DNA of 64,000 nt from Paramoeba atlantica (GCA_977017575.1 CDRNVI010000001.1:246579-310578); one strand, 5' to 3'; positions 10,508 to 23,167 are shown, counted from the stretch's first letter. The notes: generated by a model not told the origin, from the letters alone. Program-made: numbers and translations.

Positions 10508-12336
10508 AGGCGACGCGGTCAGTACACGAAAAACAAAATCAAGTAACAGTGGACTCACCGACACCAACGAAATCGCCGACAGACAGCGAAAGAGAAGCTC
10601 TAATGACGCCAGACTGGACAAACCACGATATCGATATCATAACAAACCGTGCCACCGAATCGGATCCACGGATGGAAGACATTGAACCGCCAACAAAAAC
10701 AACACAAACGATTGATTCCTCCCCACAAACTTTCGAATTTCATGACTGTGAATCCTCTGTTTCCGAAGAATTCGATCAGGAACACATTTCGTGTCATGAC
10801 GATTCCGTACCTGAAACATTCAACCCACAGGCATCAACTTCACCAAACAGATGTGAAAACAACGACACAGTCTTGAGCTGCGACACAATAGAGCTAATAA
10901 AAACTATCAACCCTACAACAGATTTTCCGATCCCAAGTCACGAAATATGGAATAGCTCTCGATGTGCTAAGGCTGGGGCTATATGCACTGTTGTTTGGGC
11001 ATTCGACCGAAATACAGACCTAAATGTCTCCGCCAGAAAGGTCACAAGAAACAGCAAAGCGCAAGGGAAAGTGAACTTGATCTACACCGGGATTCACGGA
11101 TACATGGTTGGACAGGAATTTCGAGGCAGTCTGCCACCGATAGAGAATATACGCATTTACCGAATCATATGGCAACAAAACGCTCCGAGCGTGGAAATCA
11201 GTTCCAGTGCAGAAACTCTTCCAAACGAACAACAGTGCGAGTATACAGCGCAACAAATAGCGTTTCAGGAAAACCTAATAATCCCAAACAATGCGTCAGG
11301 GAACATCGACTACGAGCCAATCCCTACTCTGAGATCTTTCACTCAAGAAATGATTCCGTGTGTCGTTGCAACCTATCGAGACATACTACACGGCTACATA
11401 GAAAGCGATTTTCCCCAACGAACTAGCATATGGCACCGTTTGTTATCCGCCATGAAATTATCGCTAGCAGCAGCTAGAGTTGCGACGGGAAGAGCTAGAC
11501 GCCGGCGACCCACGACGAAGAAAGATGACGAAACACAGAATGACACCCAACAGAACGCCAATGAAAACAAAGAAGAACACGTGAGCGACACAAGGGCCAT
11601 CAAGCGTGCCACAAGACTAGCCCTGGAAGGGTGTGCATCTAAGGCAGCTAAAGTGTTGGACCGTGAATTCAAGAAAAATGAATTAAGCAATGAAGAAACG
11701 CTAAGCAAGCTGAAGGAACTACACCCGCAGGAAAAAACTTGTTTCCCGCTCCCCTCGGATGCTCCTATCGTAACCGGAATTTCGACAGACGAATTACGTG
11801 CTGCAGGGCGTCGTTTGGCGAAAGGGGTGAGTCCAGGACCAACTGGAATGACGGACAACGTAATGCGCCTCCTACTGGATGATGAAGTCATAAATCTATG
11901 TCACATGTTCGCAGACTTGGTCAATGGGTTCGTTTCTGAGGACGTGTCCACACGGCTCAACCGAGCGCGACTTGTGGCTATCCCCAAAGCAGACGGCGGC
12001 GTTCGACCAGTGGCCATGGGAGAAGTGATCGGGAAGCTTGCTGGTATAATTCTTTTGATGCGCTATGAACACACGCTAGAACAGCTGTTTGCTCCGCTGC
12101 AATATGGCGTCATGTCGAAATCAAGATGCGAAAAGATAATACATCGACTAAATCAGCGGTACCAATCGGGATGTTCGATTCTGGCGGTAGATATGAAGAA
12201 TGCCTTCAACTCACCAGACCGCAGCGAAATAGCCAAACATGTACACGCCTTTGCAACCCTGAAGCCATTTCAACGCTTTTTCAAGGTGTAGTACGGCATG
12301 CCATCCGAATTGTTATACTTTGGCACAGACGAAAAA
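10508..12336 (+). pseudogene. CRE-A non-LTR element, 5' part (N-terminal domain + RT domains 0-3)
   Basis: GVSPGPTG, RLVAIPKADGGVRPVAMGE and VDMKNAFNS. In-frame TAG at 12289. Continues in frame at 17125 once the insert is removed. Confidence 0.9.
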
Positions 12337-12527
12337 CTAGAAGTCTACGAATAGAATTGTTCGAAGGATATCGAGTTTCCTGTAGGGTGGGGGGGTGGCC
12401 CCACGGGGCACATGATATTCTCATATTATGATTTTTACTTAGTTAAATTGTCAGAGTTTAATCGTACATCAATTATTTATACTTTGGTAAAGGATAGAAG
12501 ATTATATCCGTACGAAAATTTTTTCCT

Positions 12528-13583
12528 ATGCCTCAGTCGCCGCGAGAGACTCTATCACCACGCGAAACGCGTAGTCCATCGATCGTGCCAGAGAATCCGA
12601 TGGGAAGCTCGGAAATGAGCATAATGAAATCAAGAGTGTGTGAAAAGCTTTTGCTGGCGAAGGATGTGGCACCGGTTCTGCACATTAAAGCGGTATGGCA
12701 ACGAAAAGACGCGTCGACTTCGGCAAAACGTACTTCGCATGGCAAGATTCGACGTGAAGGCATGGAAATGTGGGCCGTCTGGGAGGACGATCCCACGCGT
12801 GAGTACCCCTTTCCTCACAATGATCTGAATTACTTTCGTATTGACCTGGAAGAAGCCGAACCACAGTCCTCGAATAATCTTCCGGAGACGCAGCCATTGG
12901 ACGGCGGACGGCCCCTGCCTCCAAATCTGCAATCATTCGCATCAATGAATTCGTTAAAGTTAGACCCTTATGAACCTATTACTTGGCCAGAGTGGATCGA
13001 TGCCCGTAATGGTGAGGGATTTCGCATTCGTGATTTGATTCGGGAACTGAAGGAGGCACCGGAATATGGTTTGCGACTCAATCAATTCTTTCAGGATCGT
13101 TCATTTCAGAAACAGCAAGAGCGAAACTTCGACAATTTGCTAGGGAAATGGATTATGTTGGCGCGGGATACCCCAGGATGGTCTGAAGGTCCTTTCTTGG
13201 AGTTGGGTAAAGCAATCGTTCAGAGTCTTCGAGACTCATATTGGCGAGCGTGCAAGGTAGATGTAGAGGCAGTCCACCAGAAGCTGGATAAAGAGGACAG
13301 ATCACACGACAAATTTTATCAACACGTGTCGGATCAGTTATCCGATCGAGAGAAATTTCGTGCGCGCTACTCCGGATCAAATTATGTGAATCGAAGTTAT
13401 CGTTCTTTTGGTCAGCCGAGACAAATGTATCCGAGTTATGCTTCTTCCAATGTGGGGCGCCCAGTGTGTTACAATTGCCGATCTCCTGATCATTTCTTGA
13501 AGGATTGTCCGTACAAAAGATCATCACCACCGGATTTTCGCCAGAGGGCGGCTGGCAGCGCGCACAGCGCCAAGACGTTATGA
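12528..13583 (+). CDS. Gag-like protein with CCHC knuckle
   Basis: First ORF after A1. CYNCRSPDHFLKDC near the C-terminus. Confidence 0.88.
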   Translation: MPQSPRETLSPRETRSPSIVPENPMGSSEMSIMKSRVCEKLLLAKDVAPVLHIKAVWQRKDASTSAKRTSHGKIRREGMEMWAVWEDDPTREYPFPHNDLNYFRIDLEEAEPQSSNNLPETQPLDGGRPLPPNLQSFASMNSLKLDPYEPITWPEWIDARNGEGFRIRDLIRELKEAPEYGLRLNQFFQDRSFQKQQERNFDNLLGKWIMLARDTPGWSEGPFLELGKAIVQSLRDSYWRACKVDVEAVHQKLDKEDRSHDKFYQHVSDQLSDREKFRARYSGSNYVNRSYRSFGQPRQMYPSYASSNVGRPVCYNCRSPDHFLKDCPYKRSSPPDFRQRAAGSAHSAKTL

Positions 13584-16377
13584 AACGCCCGTCCTTTAAT
13601 CGCCAGTGTTCCGAATATAGAATACCGGAGAATCGACGTAGGAACGAAAATTTCGCATCAAATGGTACCACAGAAGTCCATAGTATACAAAAGAATTTCA
13701 TCGCAGATCGAGGCTCCGCACAGCAAACGAAGAAAGACGACAGCACAGAATGTAGTCAATGCGCGGAGCTACGACGGGAGATTAATTTCATCTGGAAAAT
13801 TATATCAGGGAACGTTAAGTTTGGAGTCGGCGCAATCAGGCAGGAGAAACCTGCTAAGCCTGTTGATGGGGGTGAGTACGATCACTCACGAAGTCAGAGT
13901 GGCCTTGGATGGGATGGCCTCAATGTGGAGCACATCAACGTGGGATTCAAGGGCAAGGCTTTGGGAAAGGTTCAGGACCTTTTGCACATGGAAAAAGATA
14001 CATCTAAGTCCAATACATGCAGTCGCTTTCATTCAGCTTCTCCCGATATCTCCACAAACGAAAATAACGTACGCTCGAGCAATAATGGCACTGTTCAACC
14101 TAATCGGAGAGAGCACTGTACCAATAAAGTTTTTCTGCAAAGCGCTACAAGCCGAGGGTGCGGAGGAGCCGAAACACCAAATGGAACCACTAACACCATA
14201 CCTCTTGAACAAGCTACGAAAGAATCTGACTCAATCGGAAAGCATGACAATGCTACTGTGCTGGAAAGCTGCCTCCCGCTGGACCGAGACAGCAAATTTA
14301 ACGACAGAAAGATTCGTACAGGTGACCTCGCAAAGAATAGTAATCGCCTGGGGCAGAGGAACAAAGGCGTCGCGTTGCAACCAGTGGCGACCATCAATGT
14401 ACACAGTAATTCTTGGGGAAGGCACTCCGGAGCTTGCCCAATACGTTCATACGCTCAAGTCGTGGAACACAATGTGCCGAACGAACGTACGACAGATGGA
14501 TCGAAATATCAAGCAAACGCTCGGTCAAGCTTTTGGGACACATTCAGCCAAGAGAGGGGCGGTCACGGAGCTGTTCAAACAGGTCGCAAATGGGAAGGTC
14601 ACAATGGACGAACTGAGGAATCTGGCAAAACACCAACAGATAGAATCCCTCCTCCGGTACAATTCAGATCCCGTCACTACCGCGCTCGCTCTTGGAACTG
14701 GGAAAGCGACAATGCATCTGAAAACGTTGTGAGCTCCGAAAATTTATTTCGCCAGTACTTGCGCGATATGCCGCAAGAGAAGAGCCGCTACACCATTGTG
14801 CGTACCCGACGCACCACAAAGCTCGCTATGCATGATGATCTCAAACTACCATTACATGTGAAGAAAGTGAAAGTGTTGAATATGAACGAAGTTCGGAATA
14901 TGATGAACGGGGCAGCATCTGCCCGATTTTGTGAGACGCTAAACACCCTCTTTAAGTTGGAAAAAAATGAAGATGAATCGCCAAAATTTGCACCTACTTT
15001 ACCGGAAAAAGATATCAAAGAGTTGGAAGATGCAAATATTATTAGTAAAGTATCACCGGACGAAGAAAACAAACGCCCCACCAATCAGTGGGTGATACCC
15101 TTTACGGTTATTGAACCCGCGGATGAAACTGGAGTTGAAAAGCGCCGCAGATTTATAGCGTGGACTCGAGAGGACAACAAGAGACTCAAAGAAGATTACA
15201 TACCTTACGTTCCCTTAAAGCACGCTGCTTTCTATTTGCATCGAGCGAAAGAGCCGTACGGGCTGAAGCGCGACTTATCATGTGGTTTTTATCAGGTGAG
15301 TGTGCCGGAGCAGGCACGGGCAAATTTAGATTTCGAGGAAGCAATGGAGACCTATATGAACTAAAAGTTATGCCGATGGGGCATAGGTGTGCCCCGGAAA
15401 TCATGCACACAATTACATCAACATTGGCCGGGGATCCGCATTATTGCAGCGAGAGTTCCGCGTATGATGGAGCCTTTAAAGCTGACGTCTATGTTGATGG
15501 AGTAAGGTACGCGGGAGGGGAAGAAGAGGCGAGCGCGTATAAACAATTCATTGACTCTCGAGCTGGCAGCGTTAATGCAACTTTCAAGGACGAGGGCACG
15601 GATCCTATGACGAACTATGTTTTCAATGGAGTGGAGTTTTGTCACGAAGAGGGTAAGGTAAAAATGGGACCAAAGATAATTCAGCGAATGAAAGAGGATA
15701 GATTTCGTTATGCTACTTTTGAGCAACTTGAATCAGCAGTGGGACGACTCGTGCACGCATCCTCAGTTCTGGGTGAACCGATAACAAACTACCATTTTAC
15801 CCTAAAATTGGTTCGCAGACGTATCAATGCGCTCAACAACAAACCTGAACTACACAACGTACGGGTACCGCTCCCTCCGTATGTAACTTTGGCATTGACG
15901 GAATGGAAGAATAAGATATGCTTAAATAATCCAGTAACACCCCCTCCTCATCCGGATACAGTTCCACACCGCCACACCTTATACACGGATGCTTCGTCGA
16001 CGGGATGGGGAGCAATATTGTACCTCGACTACGGGCAAGTAGTTTGTGTGGGGGATCGCTGGGAGGAGAACTTCGCGTACGAAGTGAACAAAGCAGAGAC
16101 GAGGGCCGTTCGTCTCGCTTTCGAGCGTTTGGTACATCACTTCCACCGAGGAACTTGTGTGGACCTTTTCGTCGATAACACATCGTGTTTAGCATCAATT
16201 AAAAAGAAATCAACAAACTCAGACGGAATTCATTTTGAACTGAAGCCATTGCTGCAATTCTTAAGAAAGCAGGGAATTACCGTACAGCCGGAATACATTT
16301 CATCAAAATTGAATCCCGCAGATCCAATCAGTCGACAACAGGTCCAGAGCAGTGCGAAAGGGAAAATTTGTGACTAG
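13505..16377 (+). CDS. pol (RT + RNase H) with a 1-nt frameshift near 15320
   Basis: KRDLSCGFYQ in ORF 13505..15364. MPMGH, VYVDG, YTDASSTGWG and NPADPISR in ORF 15160..16377. The break is in a short A run (GCAAATTT). Confidence 0.88.
13532..13538 (+). promoter_or_regulatory. Candidate -1 ribosomal frameshift heptamer G-GAT-TTT
   Basis: In phase with gag, and its -1 frame is the pol frame. The same heptamer is at 8590-8596, 20038-20044, 49876-49882 and 50030-50036 (all minus strand). Confidence 0.75.
13662..14732 (+). CDS. Tyrosine recombinase, nested in the pol overlap region
   Basis: WKAASRWTE, GTKASR, HSAKRG, AKH and LRY. Confidence 0.92.
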   Translation: MVPQKSIVYKRISSQIEAPHSKRRKTTAQNVVNARSYDGRLISSGKLYQGTLSLESAQSGRRNLLSLLMGVSTITHEVRVALDGMASMWSTSTWDSRARLWERFRTFCTWKKIHLSPIHAVAFIQLLPISPQTKITYARAIMALFNLIGESTVPIKFFCKALQAEGAEEPKHQMEPLTPYLLNKLRKNLTQSESMTMLLCWKAASRWTETANLTTERFVQVTSQRIVIAWGRGTKASRCNQWRPSMYTVILGEGTPELAQYVHTLKSWNTMCRTNVRQMDRNIKQTLGQAFGTHSAKRGAVTELFKQVANGKVTMDELRNLAKHQQIESLLRYNSDPVTTALALGTGKATMHLKTL

Positions 16378-17124
16378 CGAAAGGGTGGTCCCCGCGTGGA
16401 CACCCGTTCGCGACAGGGAGAGACAATGCATCTCTCGGTGAGTGAATGTTATAGTATTATTAGTTTGTTCAAATTGGTTTCTACGGATAGTTTCAAATTC
16501 AATTGTAAAATAAAAGAGTGCAGAGATGTACATAGGATACCGTTAAAACAAATTATCAATATACATTATGTAGACTGAAGTTCACCTTTTCGTACAATAT
16601 ATTTTATAGTTTCTTTATGTTGTGCAGGGGCTCACCCGGAGGGCAATTCTAGAAGTCTACGAATAGAATTGTTCGAAGGATATCGAGTTTCCTGTAGGGT
16701 GGGGGGGTGGCCCCACGGGGCACATGATATTCTCATATTATGATTTTTACTTAGTTAAATTGTCAGAGTTTAATCGTACATCAATTATTTATACTTTGGT
16801 AAAGGATAGAAGATTATATCCGTACGAAAATTTTGTCCCGCCCACCAACCCCCAAACCATTCCCCGCGTGGACACCCGTTCGCGACAGGGAGAGACAATG
16901 CATCTCTCGGTGAGTGAATGTTATAGTATTATTAGTTTGTTCAAATTGGTTTCTACGGATAATTTCAAATTCAATTGTAAAATAAAAGAGTGCAGAGATG
17001 TACATAGGATACCGTTAAAACAAATTATCAATATACATTATGTAGACTGACGTTCACCTTTTCGTACAATATATTTTATAGTTTCTTTATGTTGTGCAGG
17101 GGCTCACCCGGAGGGCAATTCTAG

Positions 17125-18770
17125 TCGGAACTGTACAAAGCTCCGCTGGAGTACGACAGGGGTCACCGCTCGCCACGTTGTACTTCTGCTCCTTCCTCCA
17201 ACCCATACTGGAAGCCATTGCAGCTGAATTCCCCGAGGTCGAAGTGTTGGCTTACATTGACGATGTAAGTCTTGCGTCAAAAAATTCTGAACAGCTAGAG
17301 AAAGCTTTTTATCGTCTTCAAGAATTGATGAAAACCAAGAAAGTTGAATTGGCATTACACAAGTGCACATGGTTTGGCGGCGTTGCTCATAATCCTATTC
17401 CAGCGTCGTTGAGCCGAAATGGGGTACTAACCGAATGCGAAGCAATTAAAATCTTGGGAGGATATATTGGACTCGAGAACGAAGTGAGCTTACTCCTATT
17501 AAAAAAACTGGAGAAACATGGAATCATTTTTCGCAGGCTCGAAAGAATGGGAATCAACAATGTATCCTTAAGTCTGCTAACAAAATGTGTGAACGTCCGA
17601 CAACAGTACTATATGAGAGTGCATCATCCCTCCACAACAAATTCCGTATCAATGCAATTCGATAGCAAAGTTGAACAAGTGCTAAATTCATGGCTGGGCC
17701 AGCTTGACAAGAAGCAGCTCACGCTTGCCCGACTGCCTTACAAAAAAGGTGGGCTGGGTCTCACGCCTTGCCACCCAACGCGAGAAGCGGCGTACTTTTC
17801 TTCCCGCTACGCAGCGCTCGAGCGAGAAAATTCTTTATCAGCTCGTAAAACTGCCACAACGGAAGAAAACAGTGCTTGCCCCTTGGAAGACGTGCAACAA
17901 GTTCCGGAAGATGAAACCGTAACAGCTGCGAAAATACATCGCGATGCATACGAACAACTGGTGAAAGACAATTCTCTGGGCCCAATTCTCAAGACAACGA
18001 CACAAAAAGGGAATTACGACTGGATAACAGCAGTAAACCGATACATTCCAACGCGAAAGTTCGAACTAGCCATAATGCCAAGACTCGGAATTGCGCACCC
18101 ACAGTTACCCGAAAGTATTCTTTGCCCCGGATGCAAAGCTATACTCAATAGCAAGACTGCACTAACACACATACCGGGATGCGTACGCTGTCCGGGATTC
18201 AACGCCACAGCAAAGCACAACGCCCTAGTTCAATTTGTGTACAAACTGTGTCAAAAAGCCGGTTTACCGAGCGAAAAGGAACCAAGAGCACTCAGCACCT
18301 GGAGTTGTTACACGTGTCATCGAACAGTCGACTTCGAAGCCAGAATACTTCATGAAAAAACTTGCACTGGCAGACGATATCATCGCTCAGGACCGGATAT
18401 AGTAATATATTGGAACACTGGTGAAGTTTTTTATGATCTCACAGTTATCCACAATCTCGCACCATCCAATATTCACCGTACGTCCAAGCAACTATTTGCC
18501 GATGCAATTCAACGCAAACGAGGCACATACGTGGCGACAGGTCTAATCCCAGAAGAAAACTTCATGTGCATTCCCGTACTAGCCTCTGGGTCTTTACATA
18601 GCAACACCAGACTACTGCTACATGCGATTGCCGACGCTACCCTTGCGGTGCGACAGGACACGGAAATGGAATTCAAGTTGCTTGTTCAAGAACTGGCGGG
18701 TACTCTGGTATACTCACAGCTACGTCAGCACCTGAGTCACACAAACAAAGAGTGCGAAAGTTTGTATTAA
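17125..18770 (+). pseudogene. CRE-A non-LTR element, 3' part (RT, CCHC, REL endonuclease)
   Basis: GVRQGSPLA, YIDD, CPGC, KHN and GPDIVIYW...FYDLT. Continues the 10508-12336 reading frame. Confidence 0.92.
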
Positions 18771-18875
18771 GTATCGCAGAAGGACCCAACTTTACAACTA
18801 GAATATAACAAAGCTTGCATAGTCGCGTAAGCTTCAAACATAACACCCCCACTATTGGGGGGGTAGCGCCATTAA

Positions 18876-18919
18876 CAGGTTAGCTTATTTATTTATTTAT
18901 CTATTTATCTATTTATTTG
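18876..18919 (+). repeat. (TATT/TATC)n microsatellite, probable 3' tail of the CRE copy
   Basis: TTATTTATTTATTTATCTATTTATCTATTTATTT about 100 bp after the CRE stop. Confidence 0.6.
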
Positions 18920-19102
18920 TAAGTCCTGTTCTAGTTATTTTTGGAGGTAGTTTCTCTCACGAGAGAAGGGGGGAAGGTGATTTTTCGCCCGTGGCTTCCT
19001 GTCATAGGATTTCACAGGAGAAATGCCTCCAAGGGAGTAACGTTTCTTACAATAAGGAAGGGTCTTTTTGACGGACGCCACTAGTGCTTTTCACTATGCC
19101 GG

Positions 19103-21258
19103 TCAAACGGTTTGTCTTAGCGCCGTAGAAAAGTAATTCGGAAGTGGGAACTGTAATTGCTCCCCAGTCCTTTCTTGAGCGTCCGAGTGAGGTCTTGTGT
19201 TGTACAGTTGCTGATCCGCTGATGCGGGCTTAACCTCTTCAGGTGGTTGTAGATACGCCTGGTGGTTTCTCCCTCGATTACCACTAGATTGTCGGGGCGG
19301 AATGGTTGTGCCTTGGAGGTTTTCGATTTCGTACCCCAGTTGATGATAATACGTGACGGGCGGAGCACTATAACATCCTTCCTGCGTAGCTTGGCGATTT
19401 CCCCAGCCCGGGAAGCTGTTTTGAAAGCAAGGAGTGCAACCACTGCTCTGTCTTCCGGCATGCTCATAAGCGTTTTCTGCAAATCCTTCTTGGTTACTGG
19501 GGCCGCCTGGTGCTGTGGGATAGATGCCCCCTTGCGGATCAACACTTTCGTGTACATTTGGGATTGCCGCGTAGAGAGTTCCAGTCGCTTCAAAATTGCT
19601 ATAAGGTGTTTTAGGTACGTGAGCTTGGTCTGTGTAGATATCGGGCGTCCCATAATAAATCGTATGACCCCCGTAATGGGTATTCCCTCCGTAATGGGTA
19701 TTCCCAAACTCCGCATATGGCATAGCAGACGGCACCTGGTAGTCCATGTTGTCTCCGCCCACATAGGCTTCTAGGTTTGTGTCTTGCAAACGGGTCGGAT
19801 AGAGGTGCTGGTCCGTAATACTGGCTGATAAATGTTTTTCCGTTTTGTACTTGCTTTGTTTATTGTAATTTGACTTTGTATTTTTATTTTCGTTTTCGTG
19901 TTCTGCTTCATATTGATATTTTTGTATTTTGGATTCTGTATTTGATCTTTTAACTTCCTTTTTATTGGTGTGTACTTGCTTTTCCTCGGGGGGAGGACTC
20001 TTGAGAGTCAGTGCTGTGGACCGATCCCCCGTCCACGAAAATCCGGAGCGCGTGGTGCGATGGTCGCTTGACGCGTAATGCCATGTTCTAGTATGCCAGT
20101 CCGATTTATGGGGGTCCGATTTGCATATACTCGCCCTCGTATCGGCATGCGAGGCGTATAGCGGGTCCGCTGGGATCCACGGCTCGTATACGTGGTTGCT
20201 TGATTGTAGGTTACGCTTTGCTCAATTACATTACCAAGTCGGTCCTGTGGGTCTTTCTGGGTAACGTATTGTGAGCGTATATATCGAGCATCTGCTCCTC
20301 GATATATTCCTTGCAGAATGCGTATCTGGTCAACTGTGCTTTGGCCGACGTTTTTGTGATTGACGGCGTCGCTGTTCACGCCCCCTCTTTCTGCGCTATC
20401 GTCTATCCAAGCACACAAGATATCCCAAAGGGCTTGTAGCTGTGGTGACATTCGAGAAGGGAGATCCAGCGCCGTTCGCAACCGCTGTTTCAATATTTTA
20501 ATCCCTAGTGGCCCCTGGGTAATGTATGTGTTCCATGTTATAACGTCCCGGAGGTTGAAACTGTCGTTCGTCTCTTCTGATGGTGCAGTTTCATCGTCCG
20601 ATTCGGGCAATTTGCCTGGCATCTTTGGCTCACTTGCTGATATCACGATGCGCGTATAACACACGTTGCTATTAGGCAAAGGATAGTTACCCCATGGGTA
20701 GGAAACAATGATAGGATTTTCCTCGTCTCCATTGTCCTCTACCGTACCTCGCCATGTTGTCGCTGTCTCTTTCCTACCTCCAACGGGGAACCAGGTTACT
20801 TCGACTTCTATGTCATTCTGTTGCATGGTCGCCATAACCTCATTGACTTGACTCTCTACTTCCTCTGGGAGCATAACCCTTTGTGCGGCGTATTGCTTGT
20901 TGAGCTCTTCTGGCACACTGCATCTCTTTTTCAAGGAGGTTGGAAGAGGACATAAGGTGTTCCCAGGTGCTTGTCCGTGTCGCGGTGCAGATGGATCCGT
21001 AATGTTTGTCTCTTTTCGCCTTTTCCGTTCACGCTCCTCCATCGCATCAACCTTCGAAGTGACTTTTTCAAGTGCACGCGTTAGCTTTTCCACGACTGTA
21101 TTGACCTGTTCGGTGAGGAAAACATCTGGAAGTGAGTGGCTCGAAGTGATTTGTGTCGAATTCGGTTTTGGGTAATATGTGCCGCACGTTTGTTCAGTGT
21201 CGCTATCCGTGGCATAGTCCTCTTGAGAATCATGTGCTTTCGAACGTGTTTGCACCAT
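19103..21258 (-). mobile_element. 5' half of a YR retrotransposon: gag (20008-21258), YR (19117-19764, truncated), pol overlap frame
   Basis: YR motifs FKTASRAGE and TKSKT, cut at SSH. The gag ends in PDFR. The -1 frame from 20044 is open into ORF 19103..19789 (translated by hand). Confidence 0.8.
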
Positions 21259-21259
21259 G

Positions 21260-23167
21260 TGAATGGTCGAAGTGTCGCCAATCCGTAAACTGCTCTGGCC
21301 AGGTCATTCCTCGATGGGGCGTTGAACGCGTTCTTGACGTCGATTGACATGATACATGAACCTTCCTTGTATAGGAAGTTCAATGTATGTATAACCCTTT
21401 CGCAGCCGGACTTCGCCATCACTCCCTGTTGTATCGGAGAGAAAAGTGGTTGGAGAGTGAATTCGAAACGTTGCACCAAAACCGAACCTGCTAATTTCAT
21501 TATCACTTCCCCAACTGCCACTGGACGGACACCCCCATTGGTCTTGGGTATTGCAATGAGTCTTGATCTCGTTAAACGCCGCATTACGTCTTTTGAGAGA
21601 AAGCCATTCACAAGGTCCATGAGCATATGACAGAAATTCGCACAACAGACGGGATCATCTATCAGGATACGGACGATCGTGTCTGTCATTCCCGTGGCCC
21701 CGGGCTGACTCCCTTGGCGAGGCGTAACCCGGCGGAACGTAACTCAGTGGGATGCAGACCACCGAGAATCGGAGCGTCTCTGGGAAGATCGAATTCATAA
21801 GAGCTTTGCGGGTGGAGATCTTGGAGTTTTTGTAAAGTTTCTTCGTCCGAAAGTAGATGTGCAGCGAACTTACGATCTAGTATTTGCGTTGCTTTTTTTG
21901 TGGACCCCTCTATCATTAGTCGAGTTGCTTTTTTAATGGCCCGTTTATCGGTCTTTTCTTCCTTGGATTCCTCGTTCTCGCAAGTGTTCATTTCACAGAT
22001 CAAAGGCCGTCGACGGCTTCTTCGGATACCAGCTCGTTGAATATCCGCGAGGGAAGTCTTCATCGCTGACAGGACACTGTGCCGAATTTTGTGTCTCTCG
22101 GGGTATGAACTTTGAATGTATTCGCTCATGATTTCACGAAACGTTGCTATAACTCCTGGTATTGATTCGGATTTTATGACTCGTGCTGTAGGAATAGGTG
22201 TGTGATCCAAGTCATCGTCACTCCACTCTAGGACCGGTAGAGCGGCTGGAACTGGCGAGGCAACGCTTTCAGGCTCGGTGGGTGACTTGGGTGTCGGAGG
22301 TGCAGTGTGCCAGTACAACTTGTCGATTCTGACGGTGTCATGAGAGCGGATAGTTCCTGAGAATTCTTGGTCGGGTTTATGGCCTACGACTCCCGTGTAC
22401 TGAATTGACAGTTTGCCGAAACCTTTTCTTTTGTAAATGCTGGTTACTCTCCCGATCGAGACGTTCATCCGTTCTTGATTGTCGAAGGCCCACGCAACGG
22501 TGCACATGGTGCCCTTTTTGATGCTTTGTGATGCGTTCCAAATTTCCGTGGCAGGAACCGGATATTGAAGTTGCGGGGAGAGTTGCGATAGTGATTTGCG
22601 AATCTCATTGGAGTCAACTTGCTCGGCGAATATGACTGTCTGAGCTGAATTGCAGTTGCGGCGCTCTGGATCAGTACAATTTGCCGATTCACTACTTTGT
22701 TCTTGAGTTGGTAAGGTTGGCTCTACTCTAGTTGGTACGGTTGTCTTTGAATTGTTGATTTCGTCAACATCATTGGCTTCTAAACTCGTATCCAAAATTC
22801 GGTCCTTTGGTGTTTCGAAGGGGAGTGGGAGAGGACTGGGAAGCTCGTTAGGCTCGCCTTGCGGGCCTCTGTTTGACTTCGAGAGTATGCTATTTGAGAT
22901 TTCAACCGCATGGGCCGAGTGGCGAGTTCCGTTGAATGGGGTCGAAAGAGAGGGGGATTCGCAATCGTAGAAGTTATCACCCGTCTTTCTTTCTGTTTCC
23001 TTCTGTTTCGTTGTCGGCGTTTCAACGTTATTGAAAAATTCTCCGCATACACTATCTTCTCGCAACTGCGGCAATATATGGCCCAAGAACATTGGGTAGG
23101 AAGTCTGCAATGCTGAATCTTTGAAGTTACTCCGGAAATCGTGCCAAACGCACACAAGATAACACAC
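21260..23167 (-). pseudogene. CRE-A non-LTR element, 5' half (frameshift near 21690, 3' truncated)
   Basis: FYDCESP, N-terminal W/Y domain, RLIAIPKTNGGVRPVAVGE and IDVKNAFN. Confidence 0.88.

Larger units (their letters stand above)
12337..17124 (+). mobile_element. Near-intact VIPER/Ngaro-like YR retrotransposon with split direct repeats A1...B1-A2-B2
   Basis: A1 12337-12522 = A2 16649-16834 (186 bp). B1 16389-16652 ~ B2 16861-17124 (264 bp, 2 mismatches seen). gag, YR and pol lie between them. CTAG at both ends and at the B1/A2 junction. Confidence 0.95.
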
